Positions 35,649 to 48,337 of a stretch of 64,000 nt of DNA are shown here, piece by piece. The translations under genes and the position numbers were made by a program. The stretch is from Macrostomum lignano. Its lineage: Eukaryota. The notes under the pieces are model-generated. The model had not been told where the DNA came from. It saw only the letters and a list, made by a program, of their open reading frames with translations, and did no database searches. The stretch lies in assembly GCA_002269645.1 (NCBI GenBank), contig NIVC01001194.1:275948-339947 (forward strand), written 5' to 3'. The first letter of the stretch is position 1. Each line of letters begins with the position of its first letter.

Positions 35649-35983
35649 AGACATTTGGTCTGCTACATTGATTTAATTTGGTGTTGTTTGAAAGCAACAA
35701 GTCTTTTCTTCAAAATGACCTAAACTGCAATTGATTTTGATTTATATTTAAAGAGAAATGTGTATTTAAGTAGAGGAAGATTGGCCACTGAGCAGAATTC
35801 TAATTTTAGTAGGTATGCTTATATTTGAGCTTCTATAAGTCTATGACCAATCTCCCTCTACTTAAGTGCACATATCTTTTATAATACAAATCCAAATCAA
35901 TTGCAGTTTAAGTCATTTTAAAGAAGAGACTTGCTGCTTTCAAACAATACCAAATTTATGTCAATGCAACTGACCAAATGTCT
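35649..35983. mobile_element. Foldback MITE, ~140-bp imperfect inverted arms
   Basis: AGACATTTGGTC..TTTGAAAGCAACAAGTC..AAACTGCAATTGATT is mirrored at 35845-35983. Confidence 0.8.
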
Positions 35984-36882
35984 GCAACAAGAAAAAAAAA
36001 TACTACTTTCTGGATATCCCTCATATAATATTATGTTTTTATTACTATATATAGGCCTATATTGCTATATTTAATACAAAGTTCACAGACAAAGTGACAA
36101 GTTTAAAGATCTATTAGGCCTAATTTGCCACTAGTTGACAAAATGACCTAAGACAACTGCAATGGCTTTTTATAGAAGCCAAGTTTAAACTAGGCTATGC
36201 TTATGTCCTTTTTGTCAGAGTTTTGTCTCTTTATTTTAGTTAGACCAGACTTTCATATTTAGAATGTTTGGTTTTTTGCTATTCACTAGGTCTATTTAAA
36301 TATTTTTGGGGCCTAATAAAAATGAGAACTGACTAATTTGAAATTCAAATCTTGGCAAAATATAAAACAGCCTAGGCCCTAATGATGGGTCTAGGCTTGT
36401 TTGCTTATGACACTGTAATCCATAGTCTGGATCATGTTGAGTGCATGCCAGAATGCTCTAAACCAATACATGCCAATACCAAGTAGATGCATGCCAATAA
36501 TCAAAGCAAATGCATGCAAAAACTTATACACCAGGCCTATAGAAAAAACTTGCAACTTTTTATATTTAAAAATGCACTTAAAAAAACTAAGACTTCAATC
36601 TTATTTTAAAATAAAACTATTGTACCATATGAATATGCATCATTTCTTTTTTGAAATATTAAAATTTATGTCATTTTGCAATAAAAATAAGTATAAGTTC
36701 TTGTCTTCACAACACCATGCATTTTCATGAACTTTTGTCTCAACAAAACATGCCCCACTACACCCCTTTTATGCCAGGCCACATTTTACTTCAGCTAGGG
36801 CCTATTCTACACCATAGCATATGCCAATCTTCTAGTTTTGCATGTTTAATTATTTTAAAGCATTTTTAATTATTTTCAGCAA

Positions 36883-37846
36883 TGCCATGACTAGGGACAT
36901 GGCGGCCGTGCCTCTAACTCTATGTCTAAGGACACGGCCACCGTGTCCCTAGCTACCACGCTACTCTGTGCCTAGAGCCATGGCTGCCGTGTCCCTAGCT
37001 CTGTGTATGGGGACATGGCGGCCGTGTTCCTAGTAATCTACCATTCACATGCCTGGGGGCACGGCAGTTGTCTATGAACAATGGGCTTTAAATGCAACAT
37101 GATTCAATACATGTATGTAGGTAGCTCAAACTCTTGCCTTGCTCTATTATGTATGTGCGGCGTGCACCCGCTTCTCTCTTCAATCCTCTCCCCTGGACAA
37201 ATTGATTATCTACTGTATATATACTAATATTATCATGCTGTACATGCATCTGCTAACCACCCCATTCTATGTTGGATGCGCTAACATACATGTATATAAA
37301 GTAATTGCACGGCGCTACATGTATTTTTGTAAGGTACTCTAGGCATAGTAGGTAAGAAGTTCAATTCTTAAATTATATTCCTGCAAACAGTCAATTTCAA
37401 CAAAAATGCTCGAGATATGTATGCATCAAAAAAAGCAATAATAAATAAAACAAAAAACGAAAAAGTTTGCGCGTTCCACGACACAGTATACTTGTGCGAT
37501 ATAGTAGTATAATTTAAAAGGAATTTTAGTATATTAGATTGACATACTATTTGACTGTCTTTACGGACACTACCGGCAACATTCGAGCTACCATGTTGCA
37601 TTTAAAGCCCATTGTTCATAGATAACCGCCATGCCCCTAGGCATGTGAGTGGTAGATTACTAGGAACACAGCTGCCGTGTCCCCATATACAGAGCTAGGG
37701 ACATGGCGGCCATGCCGCAAGTCTACACAGCTAAAGACACGACTGCCATGGCTCTAGGCACAGAATAGCGTGGTAGCTAAGGACACGGCGGCCGTGTCCT
37801 TAGACATAGAGTTAGAGGCACGGCCGCCATGTCCCTAGTAATGGCG
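36883..37846. mobile_element. Non-autonomous long-TIR element, MULE/foldback-like
   Basis: ~220-260-bp inverted arms built of GC-rich palindromic subrepeats; perfect 9-bp TSD TTTCAGCAA (36874-36882, 37847-37855). Confidence 0.8.
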
Positions 37847-38235
37847 TTTCAGCAAAGCAGGTACTCGCATTATCACCAACCAATGGCAGGCATACAACCA
37901 ACTGCCCAATCATTTGACGGTGAACCACCAGCTGCACTTTGTGGACCCTAACCACCCAGAAGTCCACACAAACACAGTGGAGGGCACATGGGCTCATGCT
38001 AAGGCCCGTTTCAGGGCCATGCATGGCACGTCCAAGGCCCTGTTTAACACCCACTTAGACAAATTTCTCTAGCATCACTGCCACCCATGCAACACTTTTG
38101 GAAACATCCTTTTCTGGGTGGCGCACTATTATGCCATCTGAGGCATAAAACATAAAACAAAACTGTTGTTAACTGCTGTTTTAAAAACAGTTTGAATTAA
38201 ATGTGCAAAACTAGAAGATTGCCTAGCATGCCAAC

Positions 38236-38415
38236 CAGTGGCGGATTTAGAGGGGGGGGGGCGCTTAGGGCGCGCCCCCCGTTGAGTTTGAGTTTTTGAT
38301 TTTTTTATATGGAAAATACACATTATCATGTACATATACTTGTACATAATATGCATATATATGTACCTTAGTAGTCTGCCCCCCCCCCGGTTCAAAATTT
38401 TCTGATCTGCTACTA
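38236..38415. mobile_element. hAT-type MITE
   Basis: CAGTGGCGGATTTAG start and degenerate CTGATCTGCTACTA end; 8-bp TSD ATGCCAAC/ATGCTAAC. Confidence 0.6.
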
Positions 38416-39415
38416 ATGCTAACATGCCACTTTGGCATGCAATACCAAAGTATATGGCGCGATGCCAATGCATGCCACAATTTTTAGGCTGAACCAAATG
38501 CATGCGGGAATTTCTGGCATGATGTATGCCTTCTGGAGTATGGACTAGGCCTATTATAATATAGGCCTATGATAGGCCCTATCAAGCCTTATCTTATGTT
38601 ATGAAATGGTGGATCTTACAGATAGGGGCTAAGTTAGGCCAAGCCTAACTAACATAGCATACAGCTTATTACTAGGCCTAGAATAATTTAACTTATTTCA
38701 TATGCATAGGCTATGCAATATTTATTTTATATTAGGGCCTACGCCTATAGATATATAGATATTAGTGAGTCCAGTCCAGGCAAGCGGCAAGGAATTAAGC
38801 CAAAGTCAAAGTGAAGTAGGGCCTAGTAAAAGGTTTAGGCTTGAGTGGTACAAACATAATCACAATATAGGGCCTAGTCTAGTACACCTGACAGACTGAC
38901 ACGACATGACATCGACGAGTCACGAATGACATATCTAATCTAATGAAAATGAAGTATAAAACTAGGACTGATTTCATTTAGCTGCTTATGCTTAGTCTGA
39001 ACATATGATTTGTGAGACGTTGTGAGACGTTTGTGTTAGTTCAAAGCAAATAATTTCACCTAAAAAAATTAATTCTACATCAATTATCAGACCGTTTAGT
39101 TATTTATTAAAGTAAAATTATTAACTTCTGCATAATTACCCACATTTTGAAAAGGGTTCTTATAAAAAAAGAAAATTTAGAATTAAAGTTTTAATTACTT
39201 AAACAAAAGGCTAATAATTTTAATAAAAAATAATTAGCAAAATCAACTTACTGTTTCAAAAAAATTATGTTTTACTAGTAAAGCTTTAAGCAAAAGGATT
39301 TCTCGAAAAATTGTATTAATTTTGGATCTTTTTTAATTTTGCACCCTTTAATGGGTGCAAAAATTGAACATTTCGCGGAATCACCGGCCACCGGCGGCAG
39401 CGACAGTTTACTCAC

Positions 39416-39540
39416 CTCGAGCTCAAGCCTCCAGGTGGTAAATTTTTATACATGCGCAACTATCAGCCAACCTAGCCAATCCATCCGGCTTAAAGTGTGG
39501 TAAAACAAGGAAGTCGCAAAGATAACTTGACCTTTTTTAG
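39416..39540 (-). other. Possible non-coding first exon/promoter of the zinc-finger gene
   Basis: CpG-retaining island in AT-rich DNA, with a consensus minus-strand donor GAG|gtgagt at 39415. The link to the gene is inferred. Confidence 0.3.
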
Positions 39541-41333
39541 ATTGGAAAATGGTGATAATTAAAGATTGACTGCTTGTGTGAAAGCTTTAGTCGCAAAAAT
39601 GGTGTTTTATTAGGAAATTCCTTGGCCTATTTTTTTAAAGTTTGCGCATGTATAATCTTAGTGATCCTTTGGTAAAAAATTATAATATCAAATTTTAATA
39701 TTGCAGCAGTAGGCAGTAGTAGCCATAGCCACATTGAGATAATAAAGCATAGTGCCATAGCTTACTAGGCCTAGTAGAGCCTAGTAGGGGTCAAAATCCC
39801 AGGATCCCAGGATCCTAGGCTTTAGGGCTTTTCCAGTATCCCAGGATTCAGGGATTCACAGGGTCAAAATTCAATCCCAGAAAGTTAATGGTAGGCCCTA
39901 TGTTTTATATTTATAATGTCTTATATAATAGCAATTAGCAAGGCAGGTAAAAAATGGAACATACATGCATCCATGTCCACTCTCCACTGCCCACTTTGTA
40001 AAATCTTTGATGTTTGAGATTTCAGTCTTGTTTAAATAATTTAATGTTGATTTTCAATTTTGAACTCATTGTATATGTCGTGACTCGTGACAACCTTTAA
40101 TATGAGTGCCCACTGCCTAGACAGTAGGCCTAGTGGGTTGTGATTGTGAATGTAATATATACATTCATATTGCTTTGCATAGTGATCATGTACATTATAT
40201 AAGGTAATATATGTTATACATATATATATTAGATATCTATAATCTATATTATAATATAATATTGATATTAAGAAGCCTAGTAATATATTGCTTTTACACT
40301 TTAGAAATGCATTTGATTTAGGTAGGCCTATCCCGTTATTTTTGATAATTCTTTGTTCTTTGTTAAACATTTACTCCTTGTTTATCTTTTGGAGAGAATA
40401 TAAATGGATAGTTAGAATGCATTTGTACATAAAAATACACATAAAAAAGGTTAAGCTTCAATTTGAATTAATGTATTAGGCACATTGCTTCAAAAGCAAA
40501 AAAGCCACTAAAACCGTACATGCATATATTCAAAGTGGCCTTTTAGAATTCTGCCAATATTTGCAAGTGTAATATTCTGTGTTGTTAAGTGGTCCTTGAT
40601 TTTTTTATACTTCAGTCATTAGGAATAAAAGCTACCTTTTAATGTAGGGCTTATTATTAGGCATGCATTATTTTAAATTTGCCAGCATATTTTATAGGCC
40701 TCTAAAATTAGCAACTTATAATAAATGAATATTTGATAAATTTGGGAGAAAAAATTAAATTATCAATTGAGCAGTAACACTACATTCTTAAACATACAAG
40801 GGGTGTTGCAAAAGTTTCTGGACTTATGCTAATCCTGGTGAAAATTTGTGTTTGATTTGGCTGAAAATTGATGTCTATGGTATTTAGCCATAGAAAAAAC
40901 TTTTCCTAAAATTTTTAGCAGCTTAGTCAATCACAGCATAGGCCTACATCAGAGCCAAAATAAGTTGCAACCCTTTGAAGCTATTGACATGATTTTTCAC
41001 AAACCAAAAGTGAGCAAAAATGAGTTGACCAAAGAATCGATTAGAGTTCGGGTCTAAGGAAAGCCAGCGCCACTTTATCATGGCATGCCAACAACAGGGC
41101 AAAACAGTGACACAGACCTTTGATGAGGTGCGTCTTGCTTTCGGTGTTCACGCCCTAGGTCGCACTCAAGTGTTTGAGGATCACCAACTCGCATTTGGTG
41201 TCACCAATGTCGTTGATACCTCTCAATCTAGGCATCCTCGCTCAAGCACAGGTCATGACAAAACAACTGCTGTGCTTGACTATTTGAAAGAAAATCCATC
41301 TACATGCATGTATGAAATGGAGAGTGTTGTTGG

Positions 41334-41850
41334 CCCTATTGGAATAAGTTTCAAAAACCCGTGGACGCACGACATGGGTGCCAAAATTGTGCCCTCAAAA
41401 GTGCGACGCGACACCAAATTTCGCGACACAACACCGATGTCTGTTGACCGAATGACCGGGGGGGGAAGGACGCCACAGCAGCCACGTTGCAATTGACAAT
41501 TCTCATTCTGCCGTTCACTCCCGACACCAAGACCATGGAGCGAGGGATGAGAGTATTCCTTTCAATTTTGCGGAAAAAGAAATGAAATTTAAAAACAATA
41601 AACAGTAAAACAACAAAGGTACAACAGTTAGAAAAACAGCGCATGCATTGTAACTAACAAGTAACATTTCTAAAAATTATATTTAAAGTATTAGTTATTT
41701 TACTGTCAAAATAAAAAATAACAATTCAAGAATTAGTTTTTATCAAACATGTTTGAAACATTTAAATACCGAGAAAAACAGTGAACATATTATTACAATG
41801 AAACACAGTTTGCGAGGTCGTCCGCGTTTTGTCAACTTATTCCAATAAGG
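41334..41850. mobile_element. MITE with CCCTATTGGAATAAGTT termini, copy 1
   Basis: Inverted termini; 8-bp TSD GTTGTTGG; splits the mariner ORF. Confidence 0.85.
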
Positions 41851-42669
41851 GTTGTTGGTATCCACTACTCTGTAACACCAAGGCTACTCCAAGATTTGTG
41901 CAAAGTAGGTGCCATGTGAACTGATGGAAGAGCACAAGAAAGCATGTGTGCATTACTTGCTAGAGAACTGTGCGTTGTGGAATGAACTGGGTGACAGCAA
42001 GTTCAAAGAGCTGCTCATCACAATGGATGAAACACCGCTACCCATGTTTCAACTGCAGACAAAACAGTAGACTATGCATTGGGGCCCAAAAGGAAGCCAC
42101 CCGTACCAGAAGGCCATGAAGTCGGCATAGACGCAGAGTGTCATGTGCACTGTGTGGTTTGATGCTTGTGGTGTGCTGATGGTTGACCACCTACCCCAAA
42201 GTCAGACCATCAATGCCAACTATGTCATTGATCAGCTCCATTGCCTGTGTGATGCCATTCTGAGTAAGCGTCGCATTATGCGCCAGAAGCCCTTCATTCT
42301 CTGGGACAATGCATGTCCTCATGCTGCCGCTTGCACGCAAGCCAAGGTGGAAGAGCTAGGCTTCCAACTGCTAAACCACCCAGCCTACAGTCCCGATATC
42401 GCCATTGCCGATTTTCACCTCTTTGGCCCAATGAAGATGCCAATGTGTGGCAAGATCTTCACAATGCGCAAGGAGGTCATCAAAGCAGCCAACAAGTCTC
42501 TGCATCGGTTCAATGCCAGCTTCTGGGAGTCTGGCTTTGACAAACTGATTGAGCGCTACCAAAAATGCATTTCCATAAATGGCAAATACATGGAGCAAGC
42601 CAGCAATCAATCTGTGGATGCATCCAGCGATAGAAGTGACAGTGACAGTGATTGGTAGCTGTAACTTGG

Positions 42670-43244
42670 CCCTATTGGAATAAGTTGACAAAACGCGGAC
42701 GACTGTCCGTCACATTATCGGATTCTCATGGTGTTGCGTCCCACAACAGTGGTGTCAAGTGGTGTGTCGCGTCGCGCGACACTGGAAACCTAGTGTTGTC
42801 ATGCGTCGCATTGCGCAACGCGACAGTGTGGCAACTTGGCGGCTAGCGTCGTCATGTGTTGCGTTGCGGCCTGGATCTGTAGCCAAAACCTTGCAAACTG
42901 TGTTTCATTGTAATATGTTCATGGTTGTTTCTTGGTATTTAAATGTTTTAAACATGTTTGATAACTGGTTCTTGAATTGTTCTTTTTTATTTTGATGGTA
43001 AACTAACTAATACTTCAAATATAGTGTTGTACCTTTGTTGTTTTACTATTTATTGTTTTTAAATTTCATTTCTTCTGCGATATTGAAAGGAATACTCTCA
43101 TCCCTCGCCCCATGGTCTCGGTGTCAGGAGTGAACGGCAGAATGGGAATTGTCAATTGCAATGTGGCTGCGTTGCACTTTTGAAGGCACAATTTTGGCAC
43201 CCATGTCACTTGTCCGTGGGTTTTTGAAACTTATTCCAATAGGG
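42670..43244. mobile_element. Same MITE family, copy 2, opposite orientation
   Basis: Same TIR; 8-bp TSD TAACTTGG/TAACTCGG; internal sequence is the reverse complement of copy 1. Confidence 0.85.
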
Positions 43245-43912
43245 TAACTCGGAAATTGTATTTCATGACTATAAACAATCTAGTGTACAATCGCTTATTA
43301 CTATTAACCATCAACTCTAGACTTTCTGAAACTTTATAATATTATAAACTACAAGTTGCCTGTTTGTCTGTTTAAATTTTTTGCTGAATCAGACTAAAAT
43401 TATCACCATGAAGAGCATTAGTCCAGAAACTTTTGCAACACCCCTCATATTATTGTTATATAGTAGGCCCCTGTGCCAAAAAAAGTGACCCTCTGAGTCA
43501 TAAATTAAGTTTATACCAAAAAATATTAATGATATATATACTGGATATTATCAAAAAGGCAATAAAGGAAAGGACTTGCATTATGACATTTTGGTCTTTT
43601 ATACATTAATAGCTATGCCAAAGGCCTTGGCCTATGCTGGCTTTATGTGTGGCACAATTTTCTAGTGGGTTCTAGTTGGATACTAGTTGGATACTTTATA
43701 CCAGCCATTTTCTTATATCAATTAGGCCTATACACTAGAATTTTTGGCATAAATGTAAGATTTGAAAGTAGGGCAATAACCAAATCTAGTATGTGCATAA
43801 TAAGCAAGAAAGAAAAAGAGTGGTATCCTATTCCTATCTCTCACCAAGGCTAATAATCAATTAGGCTTTTAATTATTGCCTACTTATATTTGACTTTGAT
43901 CTATATATATTT

Positions 43913-44487
43913 ACAAGCTGTTGAAACCCGCGGATTTTGAACCTGAGGAATTCCAATACCCGGAACTACTTTTGCATGTATTCTGAAATCTAAGGCCATA
44001 CACAAACAAAAACTTGTTAATAGTTAGTAGGATAGAGGTAGACATAAAATGGAGCACATTCGTGTAAAATTAGGGTTTGAGACATTGTTGGCTGGGGTAC
44101 TGCGCAGAATGTCAGGCAATGTCTGTCTGTCTCTAAAACATATATTGCTAAACTCTGGTCTCTCCCTGACTCTCCCTACGTCCCTTGGATCCTTTAAAAT
44201 TTCTATCGTCTCTTTGTTTCCTCTCATCTCTCTCGTCCCTCGTCTCTCCTCTCTCCTCTCTCCCCTCGTATCTTCCCTTATCTCTCTTCTCTTTCATCTC
44301 TCTTATCTCATCTCTTGTCTCTTCGTTTCTCTCTCCTCTCCTTTCTCCTCTCTCCCCTCTCCTCTCTCATCTCTCCCCTCTTCTCTCGTCTCTTCCCTCA
44401 CCTCTTTTCTCTCTTGTCTTTGCTCTCTCATCATTCCTTTCTCTTTTTTTATCTTTTATCTCTTATCTCTTCTCATTTCTCTCTGCT

Positions 44488-44557
<70 letters not shown>

Positions 44558-46490
44558 TCTCTGTCTTTCTCTCTTATCTCTCCTTCTCTCTCTCCCCTCT
44601 CCCCTCTCCATTCTCCTCTTTCCTCTCCTCTCTCCTCACTCACTTCTCTACCTTTGTCTCTCCTCTCGTCTCTGTAACCTCTCCTCTGTTCTCTCTACTC
44701 TCCGATGTTTTATCTGTTCACTCTCGTCTCTGCTCTCTCATCCCCCCTCTTTAATCTGGCATCTCTTTCTTATATGTTCTCTCACCTCTCTCCTCTGTAC
44801 TCTTTTCTTTCCCTTCTTTTGACTCCTCACTTTCCTTTCTCCTTTCTCCTTTCTTCTTTTCTCTTCTCTTCCCTTTTCTATACTCTGTCTCCCTCTCTTC
44901 TCTCACTCCACTCTCCTCTCTCCGTTATCTCTTATCTCTCCTTCCACCTCTCTCATCTCTAGAACCTTAGAGATGTAGAGATGTATCTTTATCTCTTCTC
45001 TCTTCCCTTTACTCTCTCATCTCTTCTTTCACCTGTTTCCTCTCTGCTCTCCTCTCTGCTGTCTCCTCTCTCCTCTCATCTGCAGCTCTCTGCTCTCTCA
45101 TCTCTACTCTCTCCTCTCGCTTTTCCTCTCTCCCCTCTTCTCCCCTCTCTCTCATCGTCCTCACCCCCTCATCTCTCCTATTATCTTTTATCTTTTCTTT
45201 TATCCCCTCTGTCGCCTCTCCTCTCTTCGAATCGTCTATTCCTTCTTCTTTCCACTTTCATCTGCCCCTCAGCTATGAGCTGGATTCTTTATCTGGCCTT
45301 TGAGGTAAAAGTCTGCCCATCCCTGCTTGGAAAGCCAGTTTGTGGGACGTAGTACTCTCATGGTTGTTCTCATGCTTTGATCACGTCATTTTTCTTGCCA
45401 ATTTGCAGTCCTGAAAGGAATTTGTGTATCTTCAGCTCCACTGCAGTCTGCATCAGTCTAAAAACCAAGGAAATACGCATTTCTTAGGAGGCCATTTAAA
45501 ATTTACACAGTACCTTTAAAAGAAACCTAAAATTTCCCTGGTGTGCCTAATTTAGTAGGGTTGTATTGCATTGCATCGCATCGCCTTTTCATAAATCTTT
45601 AGCTTTTACAAACCATGCTGGATTCCCTCGATTTGCCAATTGCCATCCAGTGTTAAACTGCTGCAGAGTTTGCCAATAAAGAGGGGAGGGCAGTGGTTAG
45701 AATTTCTCACTAAACTGTTATGGCTAAACGTAGCCTCTCCACTCTTGGGGTGCAGAGAAGGCTATAAATAAAGTTATTCCAAAACACTGTACATTTGCTA
45801 TGTACATTCAGTCCTATCGCCTGACCCTTCGTCTGGCTCTGGGGCAATGAGTGAGTGAGTGGCACAAACAACAGAAAAAGCAGACAAACTTCACATGCTT
45901 ACAGTTTCTTTTTCGGTTGAGTTACAGAGTTGAAGCTTTACATTTAGACAGAGAATGAGTCAATGACGAATTGTGTCAAGTTTGAAGTCAATCGCTTTAC
46001 GTGGAGCAAACTTATGGCAGCTGAAAGTTAGTCAATTTTGAAACCCTTTTACACATCTGGGGCTGGGCCCAGATCGGGAAAGAGAGGCAGGCGGGCGGAC
46101 GTTGGGGTGGTTGCTACGCTGAAAAAAACAGCCTAACTTTAAAAGTGCACAGCGGCTTTCAGGATTAACTTTGAGACTCGAAATTTTACACGATTGTGTC
46201 AAAATAGTTGAAAATTGCCTGTGTCAAATTTGAAGAGAATTGGTAGAAGTGGAGTGGCGCTATGGAGGATTAAGTGAAAAAATCGCGCATTTTGAGCAGT
46301 TTTTTGTACTTTTAGGTAGGAAGACTCAAATTTAGGAAATTAAAAGGTAGCCTAAGACATTCTCCGTAGTAAGTTTAGGGTGGGTGTAAAGTTTGGTGTC
46401 ATTTGGTTGAGCGGTTTGGGAGTCCATAGCGATCAAAATTGTCCACACACAGACAGACAGACAGACAGAGTTTTGATTTTTATATGTAGA
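43913..46490 (+). mobile_element. ~2.6-kb non-autonomous Helitron-like interspersed element, copy 1
   Basis: Co-linear with 52004-54668. ACAAGCTGTT..CCCGCG 5' end, internal CT-rich tract, and a (CAGA)n then TTTTATATGTAGA 3' end. No TIR or TSD seen. The Helitron call is by resemblance to Lep1-type elements. Confidence 0.7.
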
Positions 46491-46679
46491 CGAGGCCAAC
46501 TCCTCCTCTGGAGGAGAAAGGGGAAGAACTCCCATCACCGGAATTCCATTCCCTGAAATCCATCAGCTGAAATTCCATGACTTGAATCCCATCTTCCAAA
46601 TCATCTCCAAATCCTCTGTAAAGCCTTTCAAATACCATATCTTGTTTTCCCTGTTCGCAAAAACTGACTGCCATTGTCC

Positions 46680-47115
46680 AGACTCAGATTCTTCTGTCTC
46701 CTCTCTTCTCTTTTCTCTCCTCTCACGTCTCTCATCTCTACCACCTTATTTATCTCTTCTCCCTCGTCTTTCGTCTTTCTCTTCTGTCTCCTTTATCCCC
46801 TGTTTTCTCCTCTCTCCTCTCTCCTCTCTTCTCTCCTCTCTCATCTCTCATCCCTCATGCCTCATCTCACTATTTCTTTCTCCTCTACTCTCAGCTCCTC
46901 TCTTCTCTCTCCTCTCATCTCTCCTGTCTCCCTCTGCTATCTCATATATTCCCTCTCATCTCCTCTCTCCTCTTTTCTTCTCTCTCCCTCTTCGTTCCCG
47001 CCTTACTCCCCTCTTCTCTCCCATCTGTCATGTCTAATCTGTCCTCTCTCATCTCTACTCTCTTTTCTATAATCTCTTCTCTCTTCTCTTTTCACTCTTC
47101 TCTTTACTCTCTTTA
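46680..47115. repeat. CT-rich low-complexity tract related to the element's internal tract
   Basis: Direct reading. Confidence 0.8.
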
Positions 47116-47759
47116 CTGACTGACTGAAGATACCAAATCCATCAAAATCCCTCCGTGAAACAGAAATCCTCTCCGCGAAACAGAAATCCTCTCCGTGAAA
47201 CTGGGCTCCATGGAAATCCTCTGAGTGAAACTGACATCCATCAAAATCGTCTCCGTAAAACAGAAATACATCTAAATTCTCTCCACGAAAAATAAATCCT
47301 CTCCGTGAAACCGAAAACCATCAGAATACTCCGTGAAACTGGACTCAATCGAAATTTTCTCTGTCAAAAAGAACTTAACTTTCAGAATTCATTGGTTAGG
47401 GTTAGGGTTCGAGCTGCACAGAGCTGCGTGTTGAATTAATTGAATCAATTAATTGCGCAAACCATTTCTCAGTCAGACAGTATCAGTCTTATTTAAAGTT
47501 AAATAAACAGTTGCGCAATCTAAATCAACCCTCCAATACACAGCAGCAGTGAGAAGTTTAACCCTCCCCCAACTTTATCTATTACGTCTCGCAAAACTAA
47601 GTACAATCTTTGCAGAAAGTTAAAAGTATGAAAATAGTTTTTCAAATGCTGTGCTTTTTCTTTTCATATATAAAGCAAACAACTTATATCCCCAAACTCA
47701 GCGTTGCAAGATCTTTCCAGCAATATAAGTCTCTCCTCTCAAAGTTTAAAACTCGAGGA

Positions 47760-48337
47760 ACAGTTAGCGTTTGAAATTTACCGATTTCCCGACTGCTTGC
47801 TAGAGAAGCTCGCAAGTTTATTCATTGAATTTCACTGCCAAACTAATACACATGGCTGCCAATAATAAAACCAAATGAATCTCGACACAGTCTATCTATT
47901 TACACTGTACAACTGCTATGTACACTCAGCCCAAGCCCAACCCCCCAGTCTGGGGAATCATTAAATTGAACTTAACCCCCCAACACGCGGGGGTTTTATT
48001 TGCATTGAACGCAGAACACGCGCACCCACCACCCCTCAATACACAGCGGCCCGCGGGCGGAGGTTGGGGTGGCTATTTTTACAAACTGGCTGAAGCCCCA
48101 GGCAGAGTGACCAAAGAAGGTTATTGGGGGTTAAAAAAGCAGTTTTCTGCTTTTTTAGGGATGTTAAAATGTGAAAATTAAAAATTAAAATAGCCTAAAG
48201 CCTGCTCCGGAAAATTTGCAGTTTTCCCATATAAGTTTCGACGTTGACTTGGCAGAATTGTAGGAGTTCACTTGCTACATACAGACAGACAGACATACAG
48301 ACAGACAAACATCGCGTCGGTTTTAGTATTAGGAGAT
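47760..48337 (+). mobile_element. Related Helitron-like element, 3' portion
   Basis: Shares GCGGGCGGAGGTTGGGGTGG with the 2.6-kb element and has a similar (CAGA)n..TATTAGGAGAT end; left boundary uncertain. Confidence 0.4.

Larger units (their letters stand above)
40797..43447 (+). mobile_element. Full-length but decayed mariner (DD34D), interrupted by two MITEs
   Basis: 28-bp TIRs CAAGGGGTGTTGCAAAAGTTTCTGGACT with TA flanks. HTH region at 41080-41333. Catalytic LITMDET, WDNA and YSPDIAIADFHLF with 34 residues between the 2nd and 3rd Asp. Several in-frame stops. Confidence 0.92.

Noticed and set aside
44049-45352. Leu/Ser-rich ORFs here and at 52140-53483 that look like membrane proteins
   Set aside because: CT-rich low-complexity tract of a duplicated mobile element.
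47976-48130. piggyBac-like MITE (TTAA-CCCCC..GGGGG-TTAA)
   Set aside because: The inverted match is only ~7 bp, and the interior shares sequence with the Helitron-like family.
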